Shown here: piece after piece, positions 1-8,229 of the stretch
How the letters are laid out: each line of letters starts with the position of its first letter
Position numbering within the stretch: position 1 is the stretch's first letter
Assembly: GCA_040219255.1 (NCBI GenBank)
Contig: JAVJSW010000011.1
Coordinates: 1-64,000 of the forward strand
DNA from: Sumerlaeia bacterium
GTDB taxonomy: Bacteria; Sumerlaeota; Sumerlaeia; SLMS01; JAHLLQ01
Reading direction: 5' to 3'
DNA: 64,000 nucleotides
Position numbers and translations under genes: made by a program
Notes under the pieces: model-generated
Told to the model about the DNA's origin: nothing
The model's input: only the letters and a program-made list of their open reading frames with translations
Databases searched by the model: none

Positions 1-182
1 GACCAACGCGAGCGAAACGGTGCTTCCTCAGGCCAAGCGGGCTCGAGGCTCGTGGAGACGCTACGCCCCGCCACGGACGATGGCAAGGCCGCCGGGGACG
101 TGGCTCAACTGACGCTTACCCCCGCGAAGAGTCTGGCGGCTCCGAATCCCATCGATCGTCCGCGCAGACTGCGAATGGGATA

Positions 183-1349
183 TCATTTCCCTTTCTGCTT
201 CACGAAGACTTCGTTTCGGGCGGCCCATTGGCTGATATCTTCGTGCTTGATGGCGGCGGCCATCAGTCCGGGGAAGAGGTCGGGAGTGCAGGCGAAGCTG
301 GGGGCTCCGAGGTTACTCAGCCGTTGGCCAAGCTCCGCGTCGTAACTGGGAGCCCCTTCGTCGCTGAGGGCGAGGAGTACGATGACCTGGACTCCGGCCC
401 CGATCAAGGTGGCGGTTCTTTGGACGAGCTGATCGGCCACGCCGCCTTCGTAAAGATCGGAAATCAGGACGAGGATGGTGTTCGACGGAACGGTGATGAG
501 CGATTGGCAATAGCCGACGGCTCGGTTGATGTCGGTGCCGCCCCCAAGCTGAACGCCGAAGAGGACCTCGACGGGGTCTTCAAGTTGCTCGGTCATGTCG
601 ACCACTTCGGTGTCGAAGACGACCAGACTGGTGCGGACCGCCGGCAGTGAGGCCATGACGGCGGCGAAGATGCTGGAATAGACCACGGAATTGGCCATGG
701 AACCGCTCTGGTCGACGCACAGGATGATGTCGCGCATGGTACTGCGTTGCTTGCGCGCGTAGCCGATCAGGCGCTCGGGGATGATGGTTTGATAGTCAGG
801 CTGCCAATGGCGCAGGTTCGCGCGGATCGTGCGGTTCCAATCGATGGCGGCGTGCCGCGGCCGGTTCGTTCGCGAGGCGCGATCCAGTGCACCGGAAACG
901 GCCGAGCGCATCGGCGTTTCCAGCCGTTTCATCAACTCTTCGACAACGCGTCGGACTACGGTCCGAGCCGTTTCCTTCGTCCGCGCGGGAATGACGCGGT
1001 TCAGCGAAATCAGGTTCGCCACCAGGGATACATCGGGCTCCACCGCTTCCAGCATTTCCGGTTCCAGAAGCATGCTCTGGAGATTCAGACGCTCCATGGC
1101 GTCTTTCTGGATCAGCCGCACCGTGTCGGCTTTGAAGTAATCGCGAATGTCCCCGAGCCACCGAGCCACGCGCGGGGCCGAACTCCCTAATCCGCCGCGG
1201 CGGTCGCCCTTGTCGTAGAGTTCGGACAGCGCCTTGTCCACGTCCGTCCATTGACCCGGCAGCTTGCACCCGATCCCGTCCGCTTGACCACCGCCTAAGA
1301 TCAAGCGCCAGCGCTCCTGGCGATCGGTGGATTCGAGGGCGTCTTTCAT
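183..1349 (-). CDS. vWA domain protein (YehP/CoxE-like)
   Basis: C-terminal part of ORF 183..2294. Start MKDALES at 1349 overlaps the upstream stop (ATGA). MIDAS motif VDQSGSM, plus GGTD and ISD; N-terminal ERWRLILG is typical of the YehP-like family. Confidence 0.9.
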   Translation of the reverse strand: MKDALESTDRQERWRLILGGGQADGIGCKLPGQWTDVDKALSELYDKGDRRGGLGSSAPRVARWLGDIRDYFKADTVRLIQKDAMERLNLQSMLLEPEMLEAVEPDVSLVANLISLNRVIPARTKETARTVVRRVVEELMKRLETPMRSAVSGALDRASRTNRPRHAAIDWNRTIRANLRHWQPDYQTIIPERLIGYARKQRSTMRDIILCVDQSGSMANSVVYSSIFAAVMASLPAVRTSLVVFDTEVVDMTEQLEDPVEVLFGVQLGGGTDINRAVGYCQSLITVPSNTILVLISDLYEGGVADQLVQRTATLIGAGVQVIVLLALSDEGAPSYDAELGQRLSNLGAPSFACTPDLFPGLMAAAIKHEDISQWAARNEVFVKQKGK

Positions 1350-3679
1350 CGCGAAGGCTCCGTTGTCAGAATCGTGCGCAGGATTGGCAACACCTTCCGC
1401 ACCCGGTCCGGATCCCATGGTTGCCCGGCGGTGGCTTTGGCCGTGGCGGAGGCGGTCTTCGACCCCCCTTGTTTGACTTTCTCGCCGATCTGTCGCCGTT
1501 CGGCATGATGAAAGGTGGCGAAGGTTCGGCGGACGACGGGCAGGATTTCGAGGAAATCTTCGTCGCGAAGACCGCTGACCCAGTGATCGATGATCGACCA
1601 GAGTCGCTCGGAATAGAGAAGAAGCGAACCGGAATTCTCCAGGAACCCCTCGATCCATCCGCCGGCTTCCGCGGGATCGACCGCCAACGAGAGTGCCACA
1701 CTGAACCGGCGGGCTGCTTCTTCCCCATCGAGAGCGTCCGAATCCATCAGGAGCCGCGTGCATTTTCCCGCCAACACGCCCTGAATATCGGAGCGGGCGG
1801 CGAGTCGTTCCAGCGCCGACAACCAATCGCGCTTCAAATCTTCCGACTCGAGGAGCAGAATGGATTGGTGCAGCGCTTCGACGCGCCGGTTCATCTGGCG
1901 AGCCGCATCGACATCCAACGAAGAGCAAGCCCCGCCGAGACCGACGCAAATCCGGGCGCAAATTCCGCGCACCGCGTGCCAGAGACTCGCGGTGTCGGTG
2001 CCCCGAACATTGCCATAGCGCAGCGTGCGCGCCAGTGCGGGAACACTGTCCATCAATTGCACGGCGTCGGCGGAAACGGCGGCCCGATTCTGCAAGATAT
2101 CGACCAACCGCGGCACAGCTTTCGACAATTCCGAAGGCAAAGCTTTCTCGATCAGTTCCGTGATCTCGGCCAGGATCTTTGCGTCCTTCGCTCTCTGCAG
2201 CGTAAAGGCCGTCGCGGCGTCCTCCACGGTCGATCCCCACAGACTTGCCTCGACCAATTGCACCTCGAACCGAGGCTCCCATTGCACGCGCCACGATTCG
2301 CGAAATGTGCCCTTGGATCGAACCAGGTCGTCGGTCGCTGCTCCCCAGGGGATGTTCAGCAAACTAAGCCGATGGAGCAGAACGCTGCGTTTCAGGTCCG
2401 TTTCCTTGCGAAGGTCGAACTGGAAATCCTTGTGGTCGGCCCTGATCGGCATGCGAAGGCTCTTGGAGGCTTGCTCCAGATCGCGGCGGATCGGCACCAT
2501 CGGCGTCGACTCCGGCACCGCGCCGAGACGTTCCCCAACGATCAGCTTGCGGCGGATCAAGTCCATCTCCGTGTCGCCGCCGAAAAGCATGATTGTGCGG
2601 ATCGCTTCGTCGAATTCCGCCAGGGATGGCAGCGTCGTGCCGCGCAGCGAAGCCAGCGTCTCCACCAGTCGAACCGACTCGATCACATGGGCCGAAGAGA
2701 TATCGATTTCTTCGTCGCGCAGCAGTCGCGCCACCCGGGTCAACCAGCGGCAGGCAATACCATCGCGGGGCGCGTCGCGGCTTTCCCAGAGAAAATGAAA
2801 CCATGCGGGGGAGCGCACTCCGGCGCCATAACCGGAACCGCGGGTCAATTGACCATAGGACCAGGGAGCCCACGTGGCCTCGACTTTGACCTTGGGCAGT
2901 CCCTTCAGCACTTCGCGGTCGTCCTTGATGGCCGGCATCTTTTCCAGCACCGGCCCGTGCCAGGCGCCGCAGACCACGGCAATGCGTTCACGGCCGGCCT
3001 TGGACGCGGCGCGGATGGTCTGGCGCATCGTGGCTTCCCGGATCATCTCGTGCGCCGATTCCGACGCCGTTTCCTCCGCCACTTCCGCCCTCAGCGCGGT
3101 CATCGCTTCGCCTATGGCTTCGAACACCCCGGCGGAACCCTCGCGCTCTTCCACCAAGGAATCCCACCAACGCTCGCCATCGTCAAACCCCGCCGCCTTC
3201 GCCAGACATCCGATGGGGTCGCGGGCGATGGACTCGGCGAAGTCCGATTGATCGTCTTCGGAGGGTTCCTTGTCCACATCCTCCGCTTCCTCGTCCGTGG
3301 CCTTGGCGGCGGCTTCCTGCGCTTCTTTCTCCTCCTGCGCGCGAAGAGCCAGCAGCGTTGCCGCGGGCAAGTCCATCATGGCCACTTCAATGCCGTTCTC
3401 GAGACCATACCGTAGTGCCTGCCATTCGGGCGAGAACTCCGCCAGTGGATAGAACACGCAATTCTTCGGGTTGTTCGCTTCGTAGAGGAGCAGCGCCACC
3501 GGCGGGCTCATACCGGTTTCTGCTGCGAGCGCCAATACATCGCCCGCGTCCGCGGGACCTTCGATCAGGATGCAATCGGGCTCATACTGCTCCAGAGCGC
3601 GCAGCAAACTGCGGGCGCATCCGGGGCCGTGGTGCCGGATGCCAAAAACCCGAATGTCGGAGGACTGCTTGGCCGTCAT
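1346..3679 (-). CDS. DUF5682 family protein (YehM-like)
   Basis: N-terminal FGIRHHGPGCARS, IEGP, PLAEFSPEWQA, VVCGAWH and SGYGAG motifs; lies between a MoxR ATPase and a vWA gene. Confidence 0.85.
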   Translation of the reverse strand: MTAKQSSDIRVFGIRHHGPGCARSLLRALEQYEPDCILIEGPADAGDVLALAAETGMSPPVALLLYEANNPKNCVFYPLAEFSPEWQALRYGLENGIEVAMMDLPAATLLALRAQEEKEAQEAAAKATDEEAEDVDKEPSEDDQSDFAESIARDPIGCLAKAAGFDDGERWWDSLVEEREGSAGVFEAIGEAMTALRAEVAEETASESAHEMIREATMRQTIRAASKAGRERIAVVCGAWHGPVLEKMPAIKDDREVLKGLPKVKVEATWAPWSYGQLTRGSGYGAGVRSPAWFHFLWESRDAPRDGIACRWLTRVARLLRDEEIDISSAHVIESVRLVETLASLRGTTLPSLAEFDEAIRTIMLFGGDTEMDLIRRKLIVGERLGAVPESTPMVPIRRDLEQASKSLRMPIRADHKDFQFDLRKETDLKRSVLLHRLSLLNIPWGAATDDLVRSKGTFRESWRVQWEPRFEVQLVEASLWGSTVEDAATAFTLQRAKDAKILAEITELIEKALPSELSKAVPRLVDILQNRAAVSADAVQLMDSVPALARTLRYGNVRGTDTASLWHAVRGICARICVGLGGACSSLDVDAARQMNRRVEALHQSILLLESEDLKRDWLSALERLAARSDIQGVLAGKCTRLLMDSDALDGEEAARRFSVALSLAVDPAEAGGWIEGFLENSGSLLLYSERLWSIIDHWVSGLRDEDFLEILPVVRRTFATFHHAERRQIGEKVKQGGSKTASATAKATAGQPWDPDRVRKVLPILRTILTTEPSR

Positions 3680-3684
3680 CAGAT

Positions 3685-4764
3685 TCAGCTATGCTCCCGG
3701 CAAGCGCGATAGACATCTTTCCAATCGCTACGCTCCTTGACCACGGTTTCCAGGTACTCGTTGAATACCACGCGATCCTGCACCGGATCTTTCACGATGG
3801 CCCCGACGAGCCCGGACGCAAGGTCCTCGGTGGAAAGCGAGCCATCACCGAAATGCGCGGCGAGTGCCATGCCGCTGGTGACGACGGAAATCGCTTCGGC
3901 GGTGCTGAGCGTCCCCGACGGCGACTTCAGCTTTGTCTTCCGGTCGGTCGTCAGACCCTCGCGCAGTTCGCGGAAGACGGTGACAATACGGCGAATCTCC
4001 TCGAGCGCCGGCTTTTCGCTGGGCAGTTCCAGCGCCCGGCCCAGAGACTCGACGCGCTGCGAGACGATGCGCACTTCTTCCTCCATGGTCGCTGGCGAGG
4101 GCAAGATCACCGTATTGAACCGCCGCTTCAGGGCGCTCGACATCTCGTTCACGCCCTTGTCCCGGTTGTTTGCCGTGGCGATCACATTGAAACCCTTGGT
4201 CGCCTGGACTTCGATACCCAGCTCCGGAACCGGGAGCGTCTTTTCCGACAAGACCGTGATCAACGTGTCCTGCACATCGGCGGGAATGCGTGTCAATTCT
4301 TCGACGCGGGCGATCTTGCCGCTCTTCATGGCTTTCATCAGAGGGCTTGAGACGAGCGCTTTTTCAGAAGGCCCCTTCGCCAGCAGTTCGGCATAGTTCC
4401 AGCCGTAACGCACGGACTCCTCGCTGGTGCCGGCGGTACCCTGGATCAGGAGCGTCGAGGTCCCGGAGATCGCCGCGGCGAGGTGCTCGGAAACCCAGGA
4501 CTTCGCCGTGCCCGGCACGCCATAGAGCAGCAGAGCGCGATCCGTTGCCAACGTTGCCACCGCGATTTCCATCAACCTCCGGTCGCCAATGTATTTGGCG
4601 GAGATTTCGATCCCGTTGTCCAGCTTGCCACCGATCAGGTACGTCACCACCGCCCAAGGAGACAGAGCCCAGTTGGGGGGACGATTGCGGGTGTCGGCCC
4701 TGGATAGGGCTTCGAGTTCTTCCGCGTATTGGTCTTCGGCGTGCTGCCTCAATAGGTTGCTCAC
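3685..4764 (-). CDS. MoxR-like AAA+ ATPase (YehL subfamily)
   Basis: Walker A GVPGTAKS, Walker B region RVEELTR, sensor TANNRD, ALKRRF; GTG start overlaps the upstream stop (GTGA). Confidence 0.92.
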   Translation of the reverse strand: MSNLLRQHAEDQYAEELEALSRADTRNRPPNWALSPWAVVTYLIGGKLDNGIEISAKYIGDRRLMEIAVATLATDRALLLYGVPGTAKSWVSEHLAAAISGTSTLLIQGTAGTSEESVRYGWNYAELLAKGPSEKALVSSPLMKAMKSGKIARVEELTRIPADVQDTLITVLSEKTLPVPELGIEVQATKGFNVIATANNRDKGVNEMSSALKRRFNTVILPSPATMEEEVRIVSQRVESLGRALELPSEKPALEEIRRIVTVFRELREGLTTDRKTKLKSPSGTLSTAEAISVVTSGMALAAHFGDGSLSTEDLASGLVGAIVKDPVQDRVVFNEYLETVVKERSDWKDVYRACREHS

Positions 4765-6305
4765 GGCTGGATCTCCTGATGCATGGAATACCGGAATTGA
4801 TAGCGGGCGAAAAACTTGTCGGCGGACGGAGGGTAGGAACCGGAGCGGATCACGGCGTCGAGACGTTGCTCCACGATCGGCCAACCCGCCGGATGGCCCT
4901 TCAACGCCACTTGGCCTGCAACCTCACGAAAACTCCAATCGTTCGACATGGCCATCTGGAAAGCTTTGGGGTTGGCCACCATGGCGAGGATTTTCTCGGT
5001 GAGACCGAGCGGCCATGGCCCCGGAAGTTGACGAAGCCACGCAGGCAGAGCCTGCGAGATGTCGGCGCTCTTCTTCTGGCCGCGATCGATGAGGGCGGAA
5101 ATCACGGTCGCCAAATCGTCGGGGGAAAGACGCTCCAATGCCGGGCCCAATTCGGACAGCCAGGTCTTCCGAGGCCCGTCAGCCATCGTCAGCGCCTGCA
5201 TCCAGGCGGCATTTCGTTGCTGCGCGGCGGCGCGCAGCCAGCCATCGAGCATGACATTTCTCCAACTGCTCTTGTCGACCTGCTTGATGGCATCGGCGGG
5301 TTCGAGTCCAAAGTCCTCGCTCCAGACTCGAAGTGGGGTAAAGGCAACGATGTCAGCGAGCCAACCCGCGCGTTTGCCTTGGCCCGACTGAGGAGAGTCC
5401 GCGCCAATGGTGTCGCTTTCCATTTCCGGCGTCAGTTCCTCCGGCGGTTCGATCACGAGTCGTTTTCCGATGCCGAGCAGGCCGGATTTCGCCCCGGCGA
5501 TCGCACCCGCGCGCTCGCCCATCCGGCCGGCGAAAGCCGAACCGGGCAGAGCGCTCAGGAACTGAGCGGCGCGGCGAGAGACTTGCTTGCGGCGATCCGC
5601 GAGGCAGGCTTCGAGAAAACCCTCGTCGGCGGAGTCCAGGCCGATATCGAGGCATTCGATCAAGGAAACGCGCATCGCCGCCGGCTCGGACTTGAAAGTC
5701 TCAGCCAGCAAGGACCTCGCGGCGGCGGGATCGTGGGTCCGCAGCGCCCGAAAGTATTCCGTCCGCTCGGCCTTTTGCCCATCGTTCCAAATGGCTTTGT
5801 CGGGCTCGGTTCCCTCCCGCGTCGGCGCATGGGTGGCCCAACTCCACTCGGGACGATGGCCCGCCAGCCACCTCAATCGTTGGCCGCCAACCCTGCGGAC
5901 CAAGGGGCGCCGGTCGCGATGGTTTGTCCCGTGCTCCAGCAAGACCGGGAGGCAGCGAAAGGGGGCCAGCCGTCCGCTCTCCGCCACCAATTGGAGCCAC
6001 TCGGTCACCAGGCTCGCTTCTTCCTCCAGGCACGTTCGCAGAAACGCGTCCCAGGAATCGGGGCCGGGGAGCAGCGAATCTTCCGGAGCGGATTTGGCGT
6101 TCTCCTGATCGACAGCGGGCGCATAACCAGCCCGCCGCATCAGGCTCGCCCCCGCCACAAGCGTGAGGAACGCACTCTCCGGCGTGCCCGATTCGGGCAG
6201 GAATTCCTTCCATTCCGGCGATAGCGATTCGGCGGGATAAGACTGGATCGCGGTTCCCACCATGGCTGTCGCTGTCATGCGTTTCCACGCCTGGTTGTCC
6301 GTCAT
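4761..6305 (-). CDS. DUF5691 domain protein (helical repeat)
   Basis: Start MTDNQAW with ATGA overlap. GGQRLRWLA..PEW, LRTHDPAAAR and DEGFLEACLADRRKQV segments recall DUF5691; the position in the yeh-like operon fits. Confidence 0.75.
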   Translation of the reverse strand: MTDNQAWKRMTATAMVGTAIQSYPAESLSPEWKEFLPESGTPESAFLTLVAGASLMRRAGYAPAVDQENAKSAPEDSLLPGPDSWDAFLRTCLEEEASLVTEWLQLVAESGRLAPFRCLPVLLEHGTNHRDRRPLVRRVGGQRLRWLAGHRPEWSWATHAPTREGTEPDKAIWNDGQKAERTEYFRALRTHDPAAARSLLAETFKSEPAAMRVSLIECLDIGLDSADEGFLEACLADRRKQVSRRAAQFLSALPGSAFAGRMGERAGAIAGAKSGLLGIGKRLVIEPPEELTPEMESDTIGADSPQSGQGKRAGWLADIVAFTPLRVWSEDFGLEPADAIKQVDKSSWRNVMLDGWLRAAAQQRNAAWMQALTMADGPRKTWLSELGPALERLSPDDLATVISALIDRGQKKSADISQALPAWLRQLPGPWPLGLTEKILAMVANPKAFQMAMSNDWSFREVAGQVALKGHPAGWPIVEQRLDAVIRSGSYPPSADKFFARYQFRYSMHQEIQP

Positions 6306-7621
6306 CGAGTCGCTCCCGCCTCGGCTGGCGCCAAGATCGTCCGCAACTGCAGGACGCTTCCGGTCCACAAACCGAATGCGATAGAAGGCGCCCCCCCGGA
6401 GATCGCGAAGAACCGCCAAAGGTCCTCGCCGGTCGCTTCGATGGGCAGGGTCTTGCCCTGAGCGTCGCGCAGAAAAAACGCTTCGTCGCGATGGACCAAC
6501 TGGGCCTCGGCCAGGGCGAAGGGAATGGCGGCGAGAAACGGATCGATCGCGAAAAGTTCGGCGGCCACTTGAAGCAAGGCGTCGACCCCATCGATGCCAG
6601 CCGGTGGTTGGGAGTCTTCGACAGACGAGGCTCCCTCGATCCCGATCAACGCCCGCAAGGGCGCCGCGGAAGGATAGAAATGCAGTGAGGCGGAAATGGT
6701 TCGTCCCGCGGCGACAGAGAATTCATGGGTCGCCGTGCCTGCCGCGAAGCTAAGCAAGAGCGCGTGACGGCGGGTCGTCTTGCCTTGGAGCCAGGTGCGT
6801 TCGTACCGCACGCGATCCTGTTCCCCCGATTCCACAGCCCACACGTACCATTCGTCCCGCACAGGCGATTCGGCGAGGACCGTGTCTTTGGGAACCGACC
6901 ATCCGATGAGCGACCGCAAGTCCTGGCGCAGTGGCTCCGGCAACTGGTCTTCGCATCGGGCGGCGCGGATGAGCAGGAAGAGGGCGCCGATCTTGTCGAG
7001 CGCACGCGACTCCCAACCGGCACCGGAGGACATTGCCGAGGCAATCTCGCGAACCATGTTCGCGAGTCCCGCGGCCTGGGCGTCGATCATCCGCGCCGCC
7101 ATGCGATCGAAGTAATCATAGGACTCGGCACGCACCGAAGATAACCCCCGCCGCACCAGATCGCCGAGCCAAAGCTCCAGTTCATCGATACCCGCCGCCA
7201 CCTTGCTTTGCCGCGCAGCGACTCGCTTCTCCTGGGCCTGCGGGTCCGCGTCTTTCTTGGCCTTTTCCAGCGCCTTTTCGGTTTTCGCCTGCTGCTTCTC
7301 GCGGCGCGACTCTAACCACTCGCTGACCCACGCGGGCGGATGCGCCTCCGCGAATTCGCCAGGCGACTGAGCCCGCAAGAACAGCAAACCGAGGGCGTGC
7401 TTGCAGGGGAATTTGTGACTCGGGCAGGAGCACTTGAAGGCCGGTCCCTTCATGTCGATGCGGGTTTGATAAGGCTTCGAGCCGCTGCCCTGGCATTCCC
7501 CCCAAAGCGCGTCGCCGCACACGCCCAGAGCCGGCCATTTCGCCCGGCGCGCCAAACCCCGACCCGCCTTGATCGATGGCGCATCGGGAGCGAGCGATTC
7601 GATGGCATCAGGAGTCAGCAC
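6302..7621 (-). CDS. SWIM zinc finger protein (YehQ-like)
   Basis: WGECQGSGSKPYQT followed by the SWIM motif CSCPSHKFPCKH; AARMIDAQA segment; start estimated at GTG 7621. Confidence 0.88.
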   Translation of the reverse strand: MLTPDAIESLAPDAPSIKAGRGLARRAKWPALGVCGDALWGECQGSGSKPYQTRIDMKGPAFKCSCPSHKFPCKHALGLLFLRAQSPGEFAEAHPPAWVSEWLESRREKQQAKTEKALEKAKKDADPQAQEKRVAARQSKVAAGIDELELWLGDLVRRGLSSVRAESYDYFDRMAARMIDAQAAGLANMVREIASAMSSGAGWESRALDKIGALFLLIRAARCEDQLPEPLRQDLRSLIGWSVPKDTVLAESPVRDEWYVWAVESGEQDRVRYERTWLQGKTTRRHALLLSFAAGTATHEFSVAAGRTISASLHFYPSAAPLRALIGIEGASSVEDSQPPAGIDGVDALLQVAAELFAIDPFLAAIPFALAEAQLVHRDEAFFLRDAQGKTLPIEATGEDLWRFFAISGGAPSIAFGLWTGSVLQLRTILAPAEAGATR

Positions 7622-8229
7622 CGGTGTCCCCCCCCGCCGGAAAGAGCTTGAGTCCGGTCGTAGCGCCATCCATCGCGATGCTATTTCGGACGGCTATCGC
7701 TCGCTTCAAGCTCTCTGCGAGAGACCGCACGCCAGAAAACCCAGATCGGATTGTCGCGCTTGCCATTCTGCAACACCAAGATTCGGCGAGATGAGAAACG
7801 AAAAATGGCCAGCGATTTCTAAGGAGGCAATAGAAATGAAACGACCCACACAGCCCAACAGCCCATTAGGACGGGATGTCTCAAGTTTCACAATACGCCC
7901 CGAACCCCCGCCAAATTGGCATCGAATGTCACAAGAAAAGAGGCACAATCGGCTATGGGTCCCTGGTAAACCGAAATCCGAGTTACTTTCCTCTCACCGG
8001 ACAGCGAAGGCCCTTCCAAAAGTAAGACTTCCGGGCGGCTCCGATCATTTTGGAGGGGGCGGCAGGAACGATCCCACGCCACCTCCCGCCCGATCCCCAC
8101 GGATCGATCGGCTCCCCTTTCTTCAAGGCGAGTCGGCGGCGAGCGTCATCGTGTCAGATCGGGCTCGACAGCTTGGAGCGTCCGCCGTCTATGCTCCTGG
8201 CCAATTCAGAAAGACCGAAGGCGTGGTTC

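Noticed and set aside
61-186. 41-codon minus-strand ORF coupled (ATGA) to the vWA stop
   Set aside because: Too short, no recognisable features, and at the window edge
1350-2294. N-terminal 315 aa of the 703-aa ORF 183..2294
   Set aside because: Overlaps the DUF5682 gene in another frame and is Arg-rich nonsense; the real vWA start is at 1349 (ATGA coupling)
1421-6224. Long plus-strand ORFs 1421..3415 and 4290..6224
   Set aside because: Antisense shadows of well-supported minus-strand genes, typical of high-GC DNA
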